A stretch of 64,000 nt of DNA, taken from assembly GCA_951406725.2 (NCBI GenBank), contig OX597828.1, positions 5,518,001-5,582,000 of the forward strand, in the 5' to 3' direction. Every line of letters starts with the position of its first letter. Position 1 is the stretch's first letter. A program made the translations under genes and the position numbers. The DNA is from Octopus vulgaris (lineage: Eukaryota). Positions 1-14,146 of the stretch are shown piece by piece. The notes beneath the pieces were generated by a model. The model searched no databases. It saw nothing but the letters and a program-made list of their open reading frames with translations, and was not told the DNA's origin.

Positions 1-600
1 TGCCGATTCTGTAACGATGAGATTGAAACTATAGACCACTTAATCTCAGGGTGTAGAGTCTTAGCACCTGTAGAATATAAAGCAAGACATGACAGAGTCG
101 GCCAGTATTTTCACTGGACAATATGTCGGCATTATAAAATCAAAACCGCTGACAAATGGTATAAACATCATCCTGAAGTTTTGACTGAGAGAGAAAATGT
201 GTCGATTCTCTGGGACTTCCCCCTTACATACCGACAACTAGTATAAAAGCTATTAAACCGGATATGATTATAAAAGATCAGGCAATAAAGGCATGTTTTA
301 TTAATTGACATGAGTATTCTTTGCGATCACAATATAGCAGCGAAAGAATTTGACAAGCTTAGTAAATATAAAGACTTGCTAATAGAAACTGAAAATATAC
401 GGCATCTCAAGGCGACTACAGTACCAGTGATTGTAGAATCTCTAGGAATGATAAGAAACAGTACTGAAACCAGTATCATTTGAGAAAGATACCAGGCCTA
501 CCATCTCTACAGGAAGTGCAAAAAATCGTGTTAACTGGAACAAATCATGTACTGAGAAGAGCATTATCGCTGTGAAAACAACATCTACTCGTGAATTTAT
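1..600 (+). mobile_element. 3' end of ORF of an RLE-type non-LTR retrotransposon (R4/Dong-like), frameshifted
   Basis: Frame 1 reads CRFCNDEIETIDHLISGC (CCHC knuckle), YKARHDRVG (RHD) and ILWDFP. After frameshifts it continues KPDMIIKD...LIDMS...KEFDKLSKYKDL...VPVIVESLG, the PD-(D/E)xK restriction-like endonuclease. Confidence 0.9.
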
Positions 601-849
601 TTGTTTCTGAATTTTTGAAACACATATTTTACCTGTGAATTTGCGTGTGTAATCTGGGATTGCATACAATGAGCTTCTCTGTCCTAGGTATACGGAAAAC
701 ACTCGGCGAGAAATAGAGATGGTTAGCAGAGAAATCGTTAGAAGGAGAGTTCTAAGCAGAAAACTTGTGGATATACAACGTTACAGGTAATAACCCGCTA
801 GCCTCCTAAATCCCACAACGAATCAGACTAAACCTGAGACAAACCAAAA

Positions 850-855
850 ATAATG

Positions 856-923
<68 letters not shown>

Positions 924-975
924 CATTACTACTACTACTGATGATGATGATGATGATTATGACGATGATGATAAA
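850..975 (+). repeat. (TAA)n then (TAC)n/(TGA)n microsatellite; probable 3' tail or target of the upstream R4/Dong-like element
   Basis: Direct reading; R4/Dong elements are known to be associated with TAA repeats. Confidence 0.8.
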
Positions 976-1200
976 AAAAAAATATATAAGAGGACCCACA
1001 TGAACATTAAAGTTTATATCGTTACCTTCTTAATTTACGAGAGTTTACGAACAGCTATTATTTCATGGCTACAACAACAATTTTTAGGACATAAGAAAAT
1101 AAAAACATTGAGGGGAAAATAAGCAACATAATATGTTAAAAAATGTGAGAACGCTGTCTAATGAGACTACACTCATACATACATGATGCGTACATACAGA

Positions 1201-1244
<44 letters not shown>

Positions 1245-1251
<7 letters not shown>

Positions 1252-1672
1252 AATAAAATCAAAAACAGAACACAAAGGTTATCGCGGTACACCTGTTTCA
1301 AGCTTCATAAGCGACCTGTTCATTACATCATTGTATAATAGATATAAAAGATGGTTTAAGCTCTCTTCAGCCGCATACATTGTTATTCCAAAGAGTTGCA
1401 TCACGCTGTAAAAAATATGAAAAGTACATGCAGTATTACCCATTATAATAGGTATATCATATCTCCCTGAGAAAGTGTATTTGTAAAATTACCTCACTTT
1501 ATAACTATATAAAGATTCATTGGATTTCGAAAATCTTCGCATACTGTATCACCAGTTATACAGCATCTTTTATATCTATTATACAATGATTTAATGAACA
1601 GGTCGTTTATAAATCTTGAAACACGTGTACCGCGATATCCTCTGTGTTTTACTTTTGATCTTATTTGATATA
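1245..1672. repeat. Imperfect inverted repeat (about 1245-1353 vs 1564-1672) of a hammerhead-bearing element end
   Basis: ATCAAATAAAATCAAAAACAGAACACA...AAAAGATG is the reverse complement of CATCTTTTATATC...GATCTTATTTGATA, with several mismatches. Confidence 0.85.
1284..1374 (-). ncRNA. Minimal type I hammerhead ribozyme motif (Penelope-type)
   Basis: Minus strand GCGG-CTGAAGA-GAGCTT...AAGCTT-GAAAC-AGGT-GTA-CCGC: stem I GCGG/CCGC, stem II GAGCTT/AAGCTT, GUA cleavage triplet. Confidence 0.75.
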
Positions 1673-1754
1673 TTCTCTCTCACCTCTGCCACTATCTGGC
1701 GTGTACAGGTGCTTACATTATCAAGTATTCATTCTAAACTTGCAGTCCCTATAT

Positions 1755-1832
<78 letters not shown>

Positions 1833-1834
<2 letters not shown>

Positions 1835-1996
1835 GGTGGGCTGCTTCCATTTTTCGTCTACCACATCCACTTACACGGTTTTGGTCAGCCCGAGGTTATA
1901 TTAGAAGACACTTGCCCTAAGTGCCACGTAGTGGGACTGAACCACGAACTATGTGGATGGGAAGCAAGCGTCTTACCATACATTCACGCCTGCGCC
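1833..1996 (-). mobile_element. SINE family A, tRNA-like 5' half
   Basis: Homologous to copies at 37563-37713 and 59418-59583 (GGCGCAGG..TGGTAAG..GGTTCAGTCCCACT with Pol III A/B-box-like motifs). Confidence 0.8.
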
Positions 1997-2124
<128 letters not shown>

Positions 2125-2409
2125 TTGTATACTGTCAATGATCCTGAAACACGGTGTCCCTAGATGCAGTTCCGACGGCCGGGGGTGTTTGTCTCCCCTT
2201 CGTATATGTATATAAGGACACAGGGAAAAATGTGTCGAAGCTGTCAGGAGGCGTTCGATGCCTCCTAGGGCTATACAACGGTGGTGTACCCCCTACTGTC
2301 ACGTTCTTGTTAGATTGACAGTATACAACCATTCTATCGCCCCACCACCGTACATGTCTCTACGAGAGATTTAGAAATTCAATATTTCTTATTTATATAT
2401 TATATTATA

Positions 2410-3829
2410 TTAAATTAGAGATAAAACCATTATAAGGCAAATCAAACAGTGAAAATCATAAGCCAATACATAGAAATAAAATTAATTAAAAATATAATAA
2501 ATATAAAATATAAAATATAAAAATCCAATTAAAATATTTAAATTAAAGTTAAAATTTAAAAAAATATTTTAAATTAATAAATTAAACTTATAAATTTTAA
2601 ATATATATATTTATTATTTATTTATTTTTTTTTTTAAATATCAAAATGTATTAAAAGTTTAATATAAGATAAAGAGTAAAAACACTACGATCGTTTCATG
2701 CCCGTAACCAATTCGAATAACAAAAATAATAATTTAAATTCAATTAATAATTCGAATTATGGTTACTGTCAATCTTCAGGTTAATTGTAATATTTTAATA
2801 AATAATCAGAAATATTTAAACAATATTTTTAAAGAAATAAATAATATAATAAATGTTCTTATAAAAAACTCTATTATCAAACTAGAAACTTAACGATTAT
2901 GATTTTGTCAAAACAACGATTATAATATTAATTTTAATTCTTAAGTATTAATTTTTAAGGTAAGAAACCCACCAATTATCTAATATCAGTAATAGTCAAT
3001 ATCTAATTACATAAATATTTTACAAAAAAATGATTATTCATATAAATAAAATATAAAATTTAAATAATATATAAATTTTCAATGAAAATATATAAATGTA
3101 TATAAATATTATAATTAAGATCTAAAATAATCTCTATAAATAGATATACATGCACATATAATAAAGACATAATAAATTAATTTTTCATATTTAAAGATGA
3201 AATAGCTAATTTCAAGAATACAAATAAACAATCTTAAACGAACGCTGTAGCAAATTAACTATCTTTATATCTCGTTGGCTAAATAATAACTTTCAAAAAT
3301 CTTACATTTAAAATACTTTAAGAAATAATCAATTCGCAGTTATATAGTATCAAATAAATACTATAAATATATTTATCAATGTAACTTTAAAATATATAAG
3401 TTAAAATAATAATTATATAGAAAGTTACGATGATTAGATAAACAACCATATTTACATAAAAAGCAATACTATTATACCATACGACTTATGAAATATTAAA
3501 ATTTAAAATTTAAAGATCTTAAATATAAATAAGTACTTAGCTTACCGAGGTTTTGCGACGCTTTGAAAAGGATCTTTAGTGTTTGAATATATGCCATTTT
3601 AAAGTAGCCGTTCTGTAACAAGATTGCTCTCTTCTTACAAAAGGGTGGAGAAACTAGACATGGATTGATCTCACAGTTGACCCAGAACGATGTTCCAACA
3701 GCACCACCTATCAAATTTCTGAAGTTTCCAAATGCATTCAGTTATTGCCCTGTAGTTAGGGACTAGATACAGGTTTCGCGATTCATGAATACAGAAATTA
3801 GTCGACTACAGTAAATATTACGATCAGAA

Positions 3830-3924
<95 letters not shown>

Positions 3925-5950
3925 ATATATGCTTGTATGAACGTGAGTGTTGTATGAGCACCTGCATGTGCGTGTGAGCGTGTGTGTGTTTGTGCATGTG
4001 TGCGTGTGTGCGTGTGTGCATGTGTGTGTCGAAACTCAGAGAAAAATAATTTGACCTTTTAAACAGCTGTAAGTTATTGATGTATTTGTGTATGCTAAAT
4101 CGTCTCGGAAATTTTTCAGCTGTTTGTACAAAACATTGTCGATAGTACCTGTACATATATATTTCTTCTGATGTTCCTAATTAGCAATAGCTAACAGTTT
4201 TGATTTGTTGATATGTGTCCAGTGTCTCCGAGCGAAAATCCTGACAGAATGTATACACGTGCTGTAAAGATAGCTTAAAGAATCAGGTGAAAAACCTAAA
4301 GACAATATGGCGATCACAGACAGAAATGTGATTCATTAAGTATTATTCTACGAAATCTAATTTACTGAGAAATAGCTATTTGTTTAGATCTTTTATTAAT
4401 TGAATAAATCGCTTCTGATAAATTTTGTTTTTATTCCAATCTATTGTCAATTAACTGGTTGAAATGACAACACACACTCAACTTTAGTTATGAAGGGATT
4501 TATTTACCAATTGTATCATTATTCTATGTAGATATTGGCAACGTTATCTTATATCTGGCAATTTGAAACAAGATTACAGAGGACAGTTTTAGTGCCTTTA
4601 GGTTAAGCAATCTCAAAGGGATATTTCTAATAGAAAATCATTAATTCTAATATATGTAACAAGATAAATGATACCACAGATACTTGTCAGAATGACACGA
4701 CTCTGAACTAAATAAAGTATACTTTTGTAGGTTTGAAGAACACTCGGCCACAAAATAGGCATATATTTCTTAAGTTGACAAACATGTTGACAACATACAC
4801 TGGAGTAATAATTTATGAGTGATTCATTCGCCTATGACCTTTCGACAAAATCTAATATTTTATCTAAGCATCAAATTATGTCAGTATCTCATGAATATTT
4901 ATGTTCATGAGAAGGATTTGCCTCGGAGATTTCCCAGTAGAGATAATACTAAAACTTATCGGCAGCTGTATCTTAACGTGTAGGTCATGCATGATAATTT
5001 GTTTAGATAGTGACATATTTGATATTTATGTAACGTATATACATATTCTACCCTTATATGTACCCTTATTTGTCAACGTATTTTTGTCGGCGAAAATATT
5101 ACAAAAGATGATAGGTTGGATTGCACCTGTCCTAGTGTGCGAACGCTTTGAAAAAGAATCTTTAGTGTTTGAATATATGCCATTTTAAAGTAGCCGTTCA
5201 GTAACAGGATTGCTCTCTTCTTACAAAAGGGTGGAGAAACTAGACATGGATTGATCTCACAGTTGACCGAGAACGATGTTCCAACAGCACCACCTATCAA
5301 ATTTCTGAAGTTTCCAAATGCATTCAGTTATTGCCCTGTAGTTAGGGACTAGATACAGGTTTCGCGATTCATGAATACAGAAATTAGTCGACTACAGTAA
5401 ATATTACGATGAGACCTAAATACGACTTCGCAAAGAATCAGATTATCATTCTCAACATATATATTAAGAACGCCTTCATAAATCGATATTACTGATTTAT
5501 CGTTTCGTGTGATTTGAAAGTAATCGACTCTAGAATGATCAGAAAATTACCGGCAAAACAATGAGAATAGCAAAATAGGTCAAGGTTCAAAACCGACTTA
5601 AATGTAACTCCCAACTAGAGGACGAATACACCATGAGATTGAGGATAGCTCGAAAGACAAACCTGTAACTCAAATGTGGCGAATTGGCTGACTGATTAGT
5701 GTGTTGGATAGAATGTCTCCTGGTGCCTTGTGCCAATTCTGTGCTGTCTGAGAACCTCTCTCTTCGAAATCAGCATTGTTTCCCATCAATTCACGGTCAA
5801 CAAATACATTTAAATTCAGAGCACTTGGAAGTCGGAACTTTTAAAGTATTGGGCAAGTGGACTCGCGGTTCTTTGCATTGTTTAAGGAACGCACGAGAGG
5901 ACACTCCTACTAAGCTTCATCAGACGCTGTCGGCAGCATGTCCCTTACAT
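2410..5950 (-). pseudogene. Highly degraded Penelope-like element(s), interrupted by microsatellites
   Basis: Terminal AATTAGAGATAAAA motif plus a hammerhead at the left end. Only faint minus-strand resemblance to Penelope motifs (SNH near 5515, LRYSC near 4965, SPPFCK near 5230). Confidence 0.35.
2683..2782 (-). ncRNA. Hammerhead ribozyme-like motif with long stem II
   Basis: Minus strand AC-CTGAAGA-TTGACAGTAACCATAATTCGAA...TTCGAATTGGTTACGGGCAT-GAAAC-GATC-GTA-GT. Confidence 0.6.
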
Positions 5951-6225
5951 AAATAACGATGTCTATGAATTGCGAAGAGGGTAAAAATGAGAGTTAGGAC
6001 ACTTTAATTTGAAATCTGAAGAATTTTATGCCCGAGAGAACAACAGTGTGGCATATAGAAGAGACTATGTTATAAATAGTGTGGGAAAATTATATTTTCT
6101 TTAGCACATTAGTTAACAGGCCAACGAAGCATTCTTTCTTTCCCCTCTTGAAATGTAACAGAAACTTATTTCCAACAGTGTATGTATATGTACAAATACA
6201 TATACTACATATACATACATACATA

Positions 6226-6314
<89 letters not shown>

Positions 6315-6319
6315 CTATA

Positions 6320-6720
6320 TAAGAGCAAAACGCACCCCGTCCAGTGGACGGTGCTGAATTGTCAAACACTTAAACCAAATTTTCTCAAAACAACTTGTCT
6401 GACCGTCCCATTTTGTGGCATTATTTGAAGCCAGCAGGCTTTCTTGCGCAAACTGCATGTGCATTTTTCTCGCGTACGCGTAGTATCGATCGCAGCAGCT
6501 GATGTACTTGCGCGTACAAATGCATGTTCCCACGGCTTTATCGATTTCATTCTCACCTAGAATCGATTTTTTTATAATCTTTTCAAGACTTATACACGCC
6601 CTGATACCGTTGGTATCTACATATCAAATGTGAGTGCAATCGGATGGAGGATACCCGAGGTGATAGAAGACACACACAGACAGACAGAACGGATTTTATA
6701 TAGATATATATATATAGATA
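6320..6720 (-). mobile_element. Possible non-autonomous Helitron/HINE-like element fragment
   Basis: Minus strand begins TCTATATA..TATAAAATCCGTTCTGTCTGTCTGTGTGT..CCATCCGATT, resembling non-autonomous Helitron 5' ends. A similar segment lies at 49650-49900. Confidence 0.35.
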
Positions 6721-6766
6721 CAGAATAGATATATATATACCTGCATACATACATAAAAACATACAC

Positions 6767-7588
6767 ACGAGGTCTGAGATCAATAAGTATCCGGACTGTT
6801 GCCGCAGTAACGAATCTTTAGAACGCACAGTGAAACCGCTTGGCAAAGACTGACCTTGAACTCTGCTGTGCATGCACTGTTTACAGCAGTGTTTTGAAAG
6901 AAGCTGTGAAGCGTGTGATGGTCACATTGGCCATGACAGAGAAAGGTGTTATGGTGATACCTGCTCAGGGGCCTAAGCAACGTTGCAGAAATTGTATGAG
7001 TGTATAGTGCAGACTTTTCCAAGATGGCCAACAAAATGTGGATACTGAAAAATGTTCTGAGAGACCAGCAAACAGCAGAACTGAGACAAACATCGCAGAT
7101 GTGCATACAGCTGTGAGGGGAAATCGTCGAATCACCATCCGTCAGTTATCAGAGTATGTGCAGATACGTTACGTTTCAGTCCAGTCCATTATCACTGAAA
7201 CTTTATGTATGAGAGGCATGTCAGCCAATTTTGTGCCAAATTGCTTTCCGCTGACCAAATGGATATTCGGATTTCAGTTGCACAGAATCTCCTTGATTGT
7301 GCCGAGAACAAAGAAAACATTTGAAAACCTTTCGTCGGCCTCCGAGCAGGTATCGCCAAGCTTTTGGCAAAATTTGGCGAAGATTCTTTGCTCAACTTTC
7401 TCTATGTTCAATGCGACTATCATACGCTACATACCTTCCTTCAAAGCACTACTGTAAACAGCGGAAGTGAACTAGAACAATAAAATTTATTGCACATGCA
7501 CAGCAGAGATCGCAATGAATCTGTGCTAAGCGATTTTTTTAGCTTCGTTAATATGGCAACAGTCCGGATACTTATTGATCTGACCACG
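6767..7588 (+). mobile_element. Internally deleted mariner-like element
   Basis: TIRs GATCAATAAGTATCCGGACTGTTGCC (about 6778) and GGCAACAGTCCGGATACTTATTGATC (about 7555). ORF 7038-7457 has mariner N-terminal HTH residues (SERPANSRTETNI..V..NRRITIR...MRGMSANFVP). Confidence 0.88.
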
Positions 7589-7639
7589 CATACACACACT
7601 CACACACACACACACATACACATATGCTACATATACACA

Positions 7640-8887
7640 CAGACATGAAGAAAGCAAATAGACACCAATAATTTTCAAAATCTTTTATCTAATACGCAAA
7701 GGGAACATTTGAAATGTAAACGATAGGCAGGACATTCCCATTTAGTTGACATTCCCTTTGCAGTTTTTAATTCAGAAACCCTTTTTGGCATTGAACTGAT
7801 GAGCTTTATGATTGTCTCGTGGAATTTCTGCCCACTTTTCATGGAACAATCGAAACAATTCATCATTAGATTTATGTTTCTGTCGAGTCTTTTGTATAGC
7901 TCTCTCTAGTATGCTCCAAAGGTTTTCAATTGGGTTCATGTCGGGAGATTGGCTCGGCCAAGAAAGCTTTTTGATCCCATTTTCAGTCAGCCATTGTTGA
8001 TTCCTTTTCGCTGTGTGGCATGGAGCCCCATCTTTCATGAATAAAAACTCATTTTGCGTTATATTATTGTGCGAATATATCGGAAGTAGTCCTTGCTTAA
8101 GTATTTCGATGTATTTTTCAGAGTGTATTTTTCCAACACATTCGATCAGCTCAGAGCGACCATTGCAGGTGACAAATCCCCATACCATTACAGAGATACC
8201 ACCATATTTCATAGTTGGTTGGAGTCGTTTCAAATCAATTCTTTATTGAGAAGCCTCCAGATCTAAACACGTCCACTGTCTGAACATAATACAAATCTGG
8301 ATTCATCTGAGAAAATCACTCCATCCCAAAATGAACTGGATTTTTCTGACATCTCCTTAACCCGTTTCATTCTTTTCATAATATTAATTGGTTTTCTTCT
8401 AGCTGCTCGTCCATAATACCCAAGCTTATGCAGATGTGTAACACACGTTCATGGACAAACTTCTAGCTGTTTTGCAATGCCAGAAGGCTTCGAACGCGGT
8501 TCGTTTTCCACAATTCTCTTCAAACAAGGAAGGTTCCTTTTCGAGGACCCAGTTCGGCAGAGACGAGAATCTGTTGATTTTTTTCCATGGCATTTGAGTT
8601 GCACTATAGTCCTATTAATAGTAGCAAGAGAAATTTGAAGATTTTCAGTAATTTTTGCTGTCTAAGACCAGCTTCAGATTGCCCTACAATATGACCTCTT
8701 TGAAAATCTGACATTTCTGCTGAATTTTTTTCTGCGTGGCATGGTTCCTCTTTGCAAATGTTTAATATAATGGCACCTGGAAATAAAAAATAATAATTAC
8801 ATCGTAAATTCTACACTGCTGAAAACATGTTAAGACGCTTAGATCAGACATTTTGAAAATTAAAGGTGTCTCTTTACTTCCTGCATG

Positions 8888-8891
<4 letters not shown>
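7640..8891 (-). mobile_element. Tc1-like DD34E transposon, near full length, transposase disrupted
   Basis: TIRs of about 27 bp: CAGACATGAAGAAAGCAAATAGACACC / GGTGTCTCTTTACTTCCTGCATGTCTG. Minus strand encodes GVIFSDES, GGISVMVWG and FMKDGAPCH...WPSQSPDMNPIENLW, with 34 residues between D and E. Confidence 0.93.
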
Positions 8892-8946
<55 letters not shown>

Positions 8947-8960
8947 TCGGTACATATACT

Positions 8961-9041
<81 letters not shown>

Positions 9042-9765
9042 CACTAGAGAGAATTTAAACTGGAGTTTAACGGTCATAGCCAAATTTGAGTCCTGTATTT
9101 AAACTAACGTTCATTAATTTTGCTATATCAACAAGAATGTAAGTGTATGTGTGTGTGTCTACACGCACGCGCGTGTGTTTGTACGTGTGTGTGTTTGTGT
9201 GTGTATACAAGCATGTATGTGTACACATACTTATATATGAATCACAGGGTAGTTATGAAACTATTTTGTCGGCAAATATTAAAATAAACATCACTCAATA
9301 CCAGGAGAAATGGAAATGTAAAAAGAAGAAAAATAAAAGTTTTAAGTAGATCCAAATTATCAATTGTAACGTCAGAAAATACTCTCAAATAAATTGCTCT
9401 CATTTATCGTAGATTTGCTGTCTACTCTTCATAAATCTATTCAGTACTATTGATCCCGTCTTAACTAATTGTTTTAACTAGACGTATATTTAATTATAGA
9501 TGACGAAATTTTGTATCAACTGCAGGCATCGCCAGAATCAAACAGACACCTCACGTGGGCTACACGCGCATCGCGTCAATTTCATTGGTTTATTTCGATC
9601 GATATGGCGAACTTTGAACTTTGCTTGTACATTTAAATTTAGGTGTATTTGAGTTTGTATATATTTGTGTGAGTGTTTGTGAATATATATATATGTATGT
9701 AAGTATGTATGTATGTGTGTGTGTCTGCATGTGTGTGTCTGTGTGTGTGTGTGTATGTGCGTACG

Positions 9766-9797
<32 letters not shown>

Positions 9798-10153
9798 GAG
9801 ACGGAGATAGAAAGATAGATATATCGCTAGATACACCATCATCCTCATCATCATCATCTTCATCATCTTCAACAACATCAACATCAGCATTAAACTTCGC
9901 GACGTAATCTTCACGAAATTTCCAAAGAAATGTTCTTGTAAATTAAATATTGCCGATGTCTCAGCATTGAGCTTAAAAGGTAAGTGGTAAATTTCTCATA
10001 CACGATGTGAACAAAATCTCTCGGAATTTATCTTTTTCTGTGCGTTCTATTTCGAGGAATATATATGTCAAAGCCATGCTGTGAAAGTGAGAAAACACAA
10101 CTGAGACCAGCAGCGTACGGCTTTTGGTAAAATAAATAAATTAGCTTCACATA

Positions 10154-10388
10154 CAGTAATCCTTCGACTATCGCGGATGTTAGGTTCAAAAATCTCCCAC
10201 AGAAATAATTAAAACCTAAAAAAATATAAATACCTATCGGCCGCAGAAACCCGGATATACTGATGAGTCCACTATATAAATTTACATATATTAGCCAGAA
10301 ACATGCGCGATGTACGGAGTGCGCGATAGGTGAACCGTGATGTATTGAGTGCGGGATCGGTGAACCGCGATATGGCATGAGATTTAGA
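10154..10388. mobile_element. pogo/Tigger-like MITE
   Basis: Starts TA|CAGTAATCCTTCGACTATCGCGG and ends with the imperfect complement CCGCGATATGGCATGAGATT; internal duplication of about 29 bp (GAGTGCG..GATxGGTGAACCG). Confidence 0.5.
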
Positions 10389-10861
10389 TATACTCGGCAA
10401 AAATTTTAGACGTAATATACACGTACATGACAAGAGAGCTATTATTCACTCGATGATTAAACGTCGTTTAAATATAATTTATCATTTAGCTAAAAGCTAT
10501 GGTATGGGATGTAATACGCTAGAACATAAAACGGAACTTCTTATATACAATTGGAATGAAATATTCAGCAACTTATTTACTAACAAGTTTTATTCTGGAA
10601 TGCTTGTATATAGTTCTGCTCGTATATAGTATATAGTACATGGTTCAGCAAATTATATTTGTTTGGACGGTCAACATTTGATGCGGTTTTAGAGTGAAGT
10701 TTTGACTGCTATATCTAGCATGGTGGTAACTTTTAAATACCCTTAATTTTAATTTTAATAATTATAATTATTACCTATGACGTTTTTATTCCCAAGATAG
10801 CCACTTGATATGATCGGTATTTTAAATAACGATCTTGTCCATATATATATATATATATATA

Positions 10862-11066
10862 TAGTCGCCATGATAGATCGTTAGCCACTACACACATTTT
10901 TTCACTCCTTTTTTTTCTCTCCTTGTTTTTTCTGTGTCCCTTTCTGTAGAAGAGCGTAGGCTCGAAACGTAAAAGACCTTTTCTATTCCTGAGTGTTATA
11001 CTAATACATCTGTTTGTTTTGTACACCACCTGTCTTCGTCTTTTGTCTTTTTCGTAAACTCTCCTT
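10862..11066 (+). mobile_element. Short (TA)n-flanked repeat with ultra-minimal hammerhead-like core; homologous to 57962-58140 and related to 40968-41180
   Basis: GAAGAGCGTAGGCTCGAAACGT core and a shared downstream CTAATACA.CTG.TTGTT..CACCTGTCTTCGTCTT. Confidence 0.65.
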
Positions 11067-11329
11067 ATATATATATATATATATATACACACGTATATCT
11101 AGATACATATAATATAGTTGTTTGTATGTGTGTGTGTGCGTATGTTTGTGTGTGTGTTCGTGTGTGTGTGTGTGTATGTGTGTGTGTGTATGTGTATGTG
11201 TGTGTATAGGTCACCTTTCCATCAGTTTCCGTTTACTAAAACCACTCGCAACTGTGTGGTCGGGAACACCTGCGACGTTCGTACATACAAACTACGAAGC
11301 GTAAAATCTAAGTCATGCGGACATCGTTG

Positions 11330-12000
11330 CAATATGTGTAGAACAACATATCACAACGCTTTAGCTATTGCTTACTTTCTTAATATTGCAAGACATTCTG
11401 CGCACAAATTTCGAACAGATTTCAATGTCTCTGTCGGGAATGTTTCAACTGAATCAAAGAAACGAAAATATTTTAAACAGCTACGCACTAAAAAATTTCT
11501 ACCACCCACGTAGCAGTTTTGACACATTATCAATGATGATAGCGGAAAATCGATGTAAGTCATCGACCTGAATATTTTCGATGACATATTGGACCATCAG
11601 AACCGACGTTGGTAACAAGTCGGACATAGAGAGGAGTGTCTCAATCCATGTCAGTAAAGACACAGGGAAACCGTCTGGTCAGTTACTAAAAATGTAGAAA
11701 TCCTCATGAATGTGGCATGCTTTGCTTCTTCTCTGATGGGAAAAATTTCGACCAAGAGGAGCGTCTTACAGGAGAAATCGCAGATGGTTATAAATAGGGT
11801 TTTAGGAGTGGTAAATGATAGACATCATGTCATACTACGCCGTAATCTCTACAGTTCTTAAAATCAATGTTGCTGAAGACAGTTGTTAAGCTCTTGATAG
11901 CTGAAGTACGCAGTAATTGACATACGTATCTCAAAAATACAGAGCACGTTTTAACAAAGACCACGTAACCCAGGTATAGATGTCAAACAATTTATCGATA
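11330..12000 (-). pseudogene. Possible heavily degraded Helitron Pif1 helicase remnant
   Basis: Minus-strand fragments TVFSNI, DGFP..L, YVIENI and ETLKSV occur in the order expected for VFPNI / P.GLP / GTRY.V / GQTL..VG. Many stop codons. Confidence 0.3.
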
Positions 12001-12384
12001 ATGAAGGACGAAACTTGTGGCCTTAAAATTCATCAGACTGAATTCTACGGTACACTACTGAAGATCACCATTGTCGAAGATATGCCCGCAATATAGAACT
12101 ATAAGTGAAATGAATTCCGATTTAGTGTTGACATGTCAACGACACCAATTTCGCACTGGAACAGTAATCGAAACTGAAAGTAGATTCTATGAAGTATCTA
12201 ATAAGAAACCGTGTACAAAAAATGCTTTTTGAATTTCATTTGAATGTTTTCTCTTGTTTTTGCGTTACCTCATATGTCCTGATGTACCTCTCGTACCGAG
12301 CGCAAACATCCATGCACACACCCAGACACAAAGACAGGTATATATATATATTCTCTAACCAAACGATGTAAATCTTGTTTATAT

Positions 12385-12463
<79 letters not shown>

Positions 12464-12907
12464 CATGCACGAATATGTGCGCTCACACGCTTGCATATAT
12501 ATATGTACATATACATATTTATCTGTATATTTATATGTATATAAGTATAAACTTATATGCAACGCAAATCACAGACGCATTTGTACGCAATAATATATGT
12601 ATATACCCTATTCAGATGAAGCTGGATATTTATTCATAGAGAAACATTAACACATAGAAACTCGCGCGTGCGTGCACACACACATATATATTGATTTATA
12701 ATAGACATTATTTGATAAATGCATAACTGTAGACTCTTGAATGTATGTAGAAGACTATTTATGCATATATCGAATATATTCTCAGAATATTTGCAACAAA
12801 CGATTTCAAGTGCGAAATATTTGCGTGCATATTTTTATGTTTTCAATACTCTCAACCCGAAACTTTCTCCGCATATATGCATGTATGTATGCATGTATGT
12901 ATGTATG

Positions 12908-12939
<32 letters not shown>

Positions 12940-13361
12940 AATGTATGTATGTATGTATGAATGTATGTATGTATGTATATATGTATGTGTGTATGTATAT
13001 ATGTATCTATATATCTGTCTATCTGTCTTTCTATCTATCTCTCTATATACATAGCCATAAAGAAATGATAGCATTTTAAAATTAGATACAAAATAAGGGA
13101 AAAAATTCACATCCCATCGAAACATGAAATAGTAATACTGCCCAGAAGATAAAATGCGCCTATCTGCTATAACTACATTGATTAGTACAAATAGCCGGTA
13201 GGTATTGCATTATTTTAAGTGACCCTTACGTTTTCTCCCAGTGAGAGGAAGTGAGAGAATGGTTGGAATAGGTAGATAATTAGATAAGTAAGTAGATAAA
13301 TGGATATATATATGTGTGTGTATGTGTGCGTGTGTGTTTGTGTGTGTAGATAGATAGACAA

Positions 13362-13426
<65 letters not shown>

Positions 13427-13937
13427 CAGACAGAAATCCTGGAGCGCGCGCGAAATACAGAGGGTGTTGTGTAGGGAGACAAACAGACAAGCCGACAGAC
13501 AGAAGTCAGACAGAGACACAGACAGAGAGTTAAGTTCAGAGAGAGTGAACAAGAAATATTTGGGGTGGGGAATAAAACGTCCAAAGAGCCACTAAATCAA
13601 CGTAGAAATATATACGATTTCTCCATGGTTACGGTAAAATCATGTTGAAATTGCCCGAATGCAATATGATGTTTTGTAGTGATTTTATTCAATTTTGTTT
13701 CTTTAATAAGAATGAATTGCTTGGATAAGCTAGGAAATGTTTATTGAATATAATCAAATTTCAACAAATTTTATTATTAATATTTTTTTATTAGCAAATC
13801 ATTATTATTAATTTACATTTCATTTCTTTCTTTATCTCGAATTTTTTTTCTCTTTCGATATTAGAAAAGATTTAAAGGAGAAGAAAAATATTTTCTGCAA
13901 GAAAGTATTGATCTCCGTAAACATTGCGTACAAGTGC

Positions 13938-14003
<66 letters not shown>

Positions 14004-14112
14004 ATATGCATATATGTATGCATGTACGTGCATACGTATATATATACATAATGAAGCGCATACATGTATACCTATGTATGTGTATACATACATATATACA
14101 TATATATATGTA

Positions 14113-14146
<34 letters not shown>

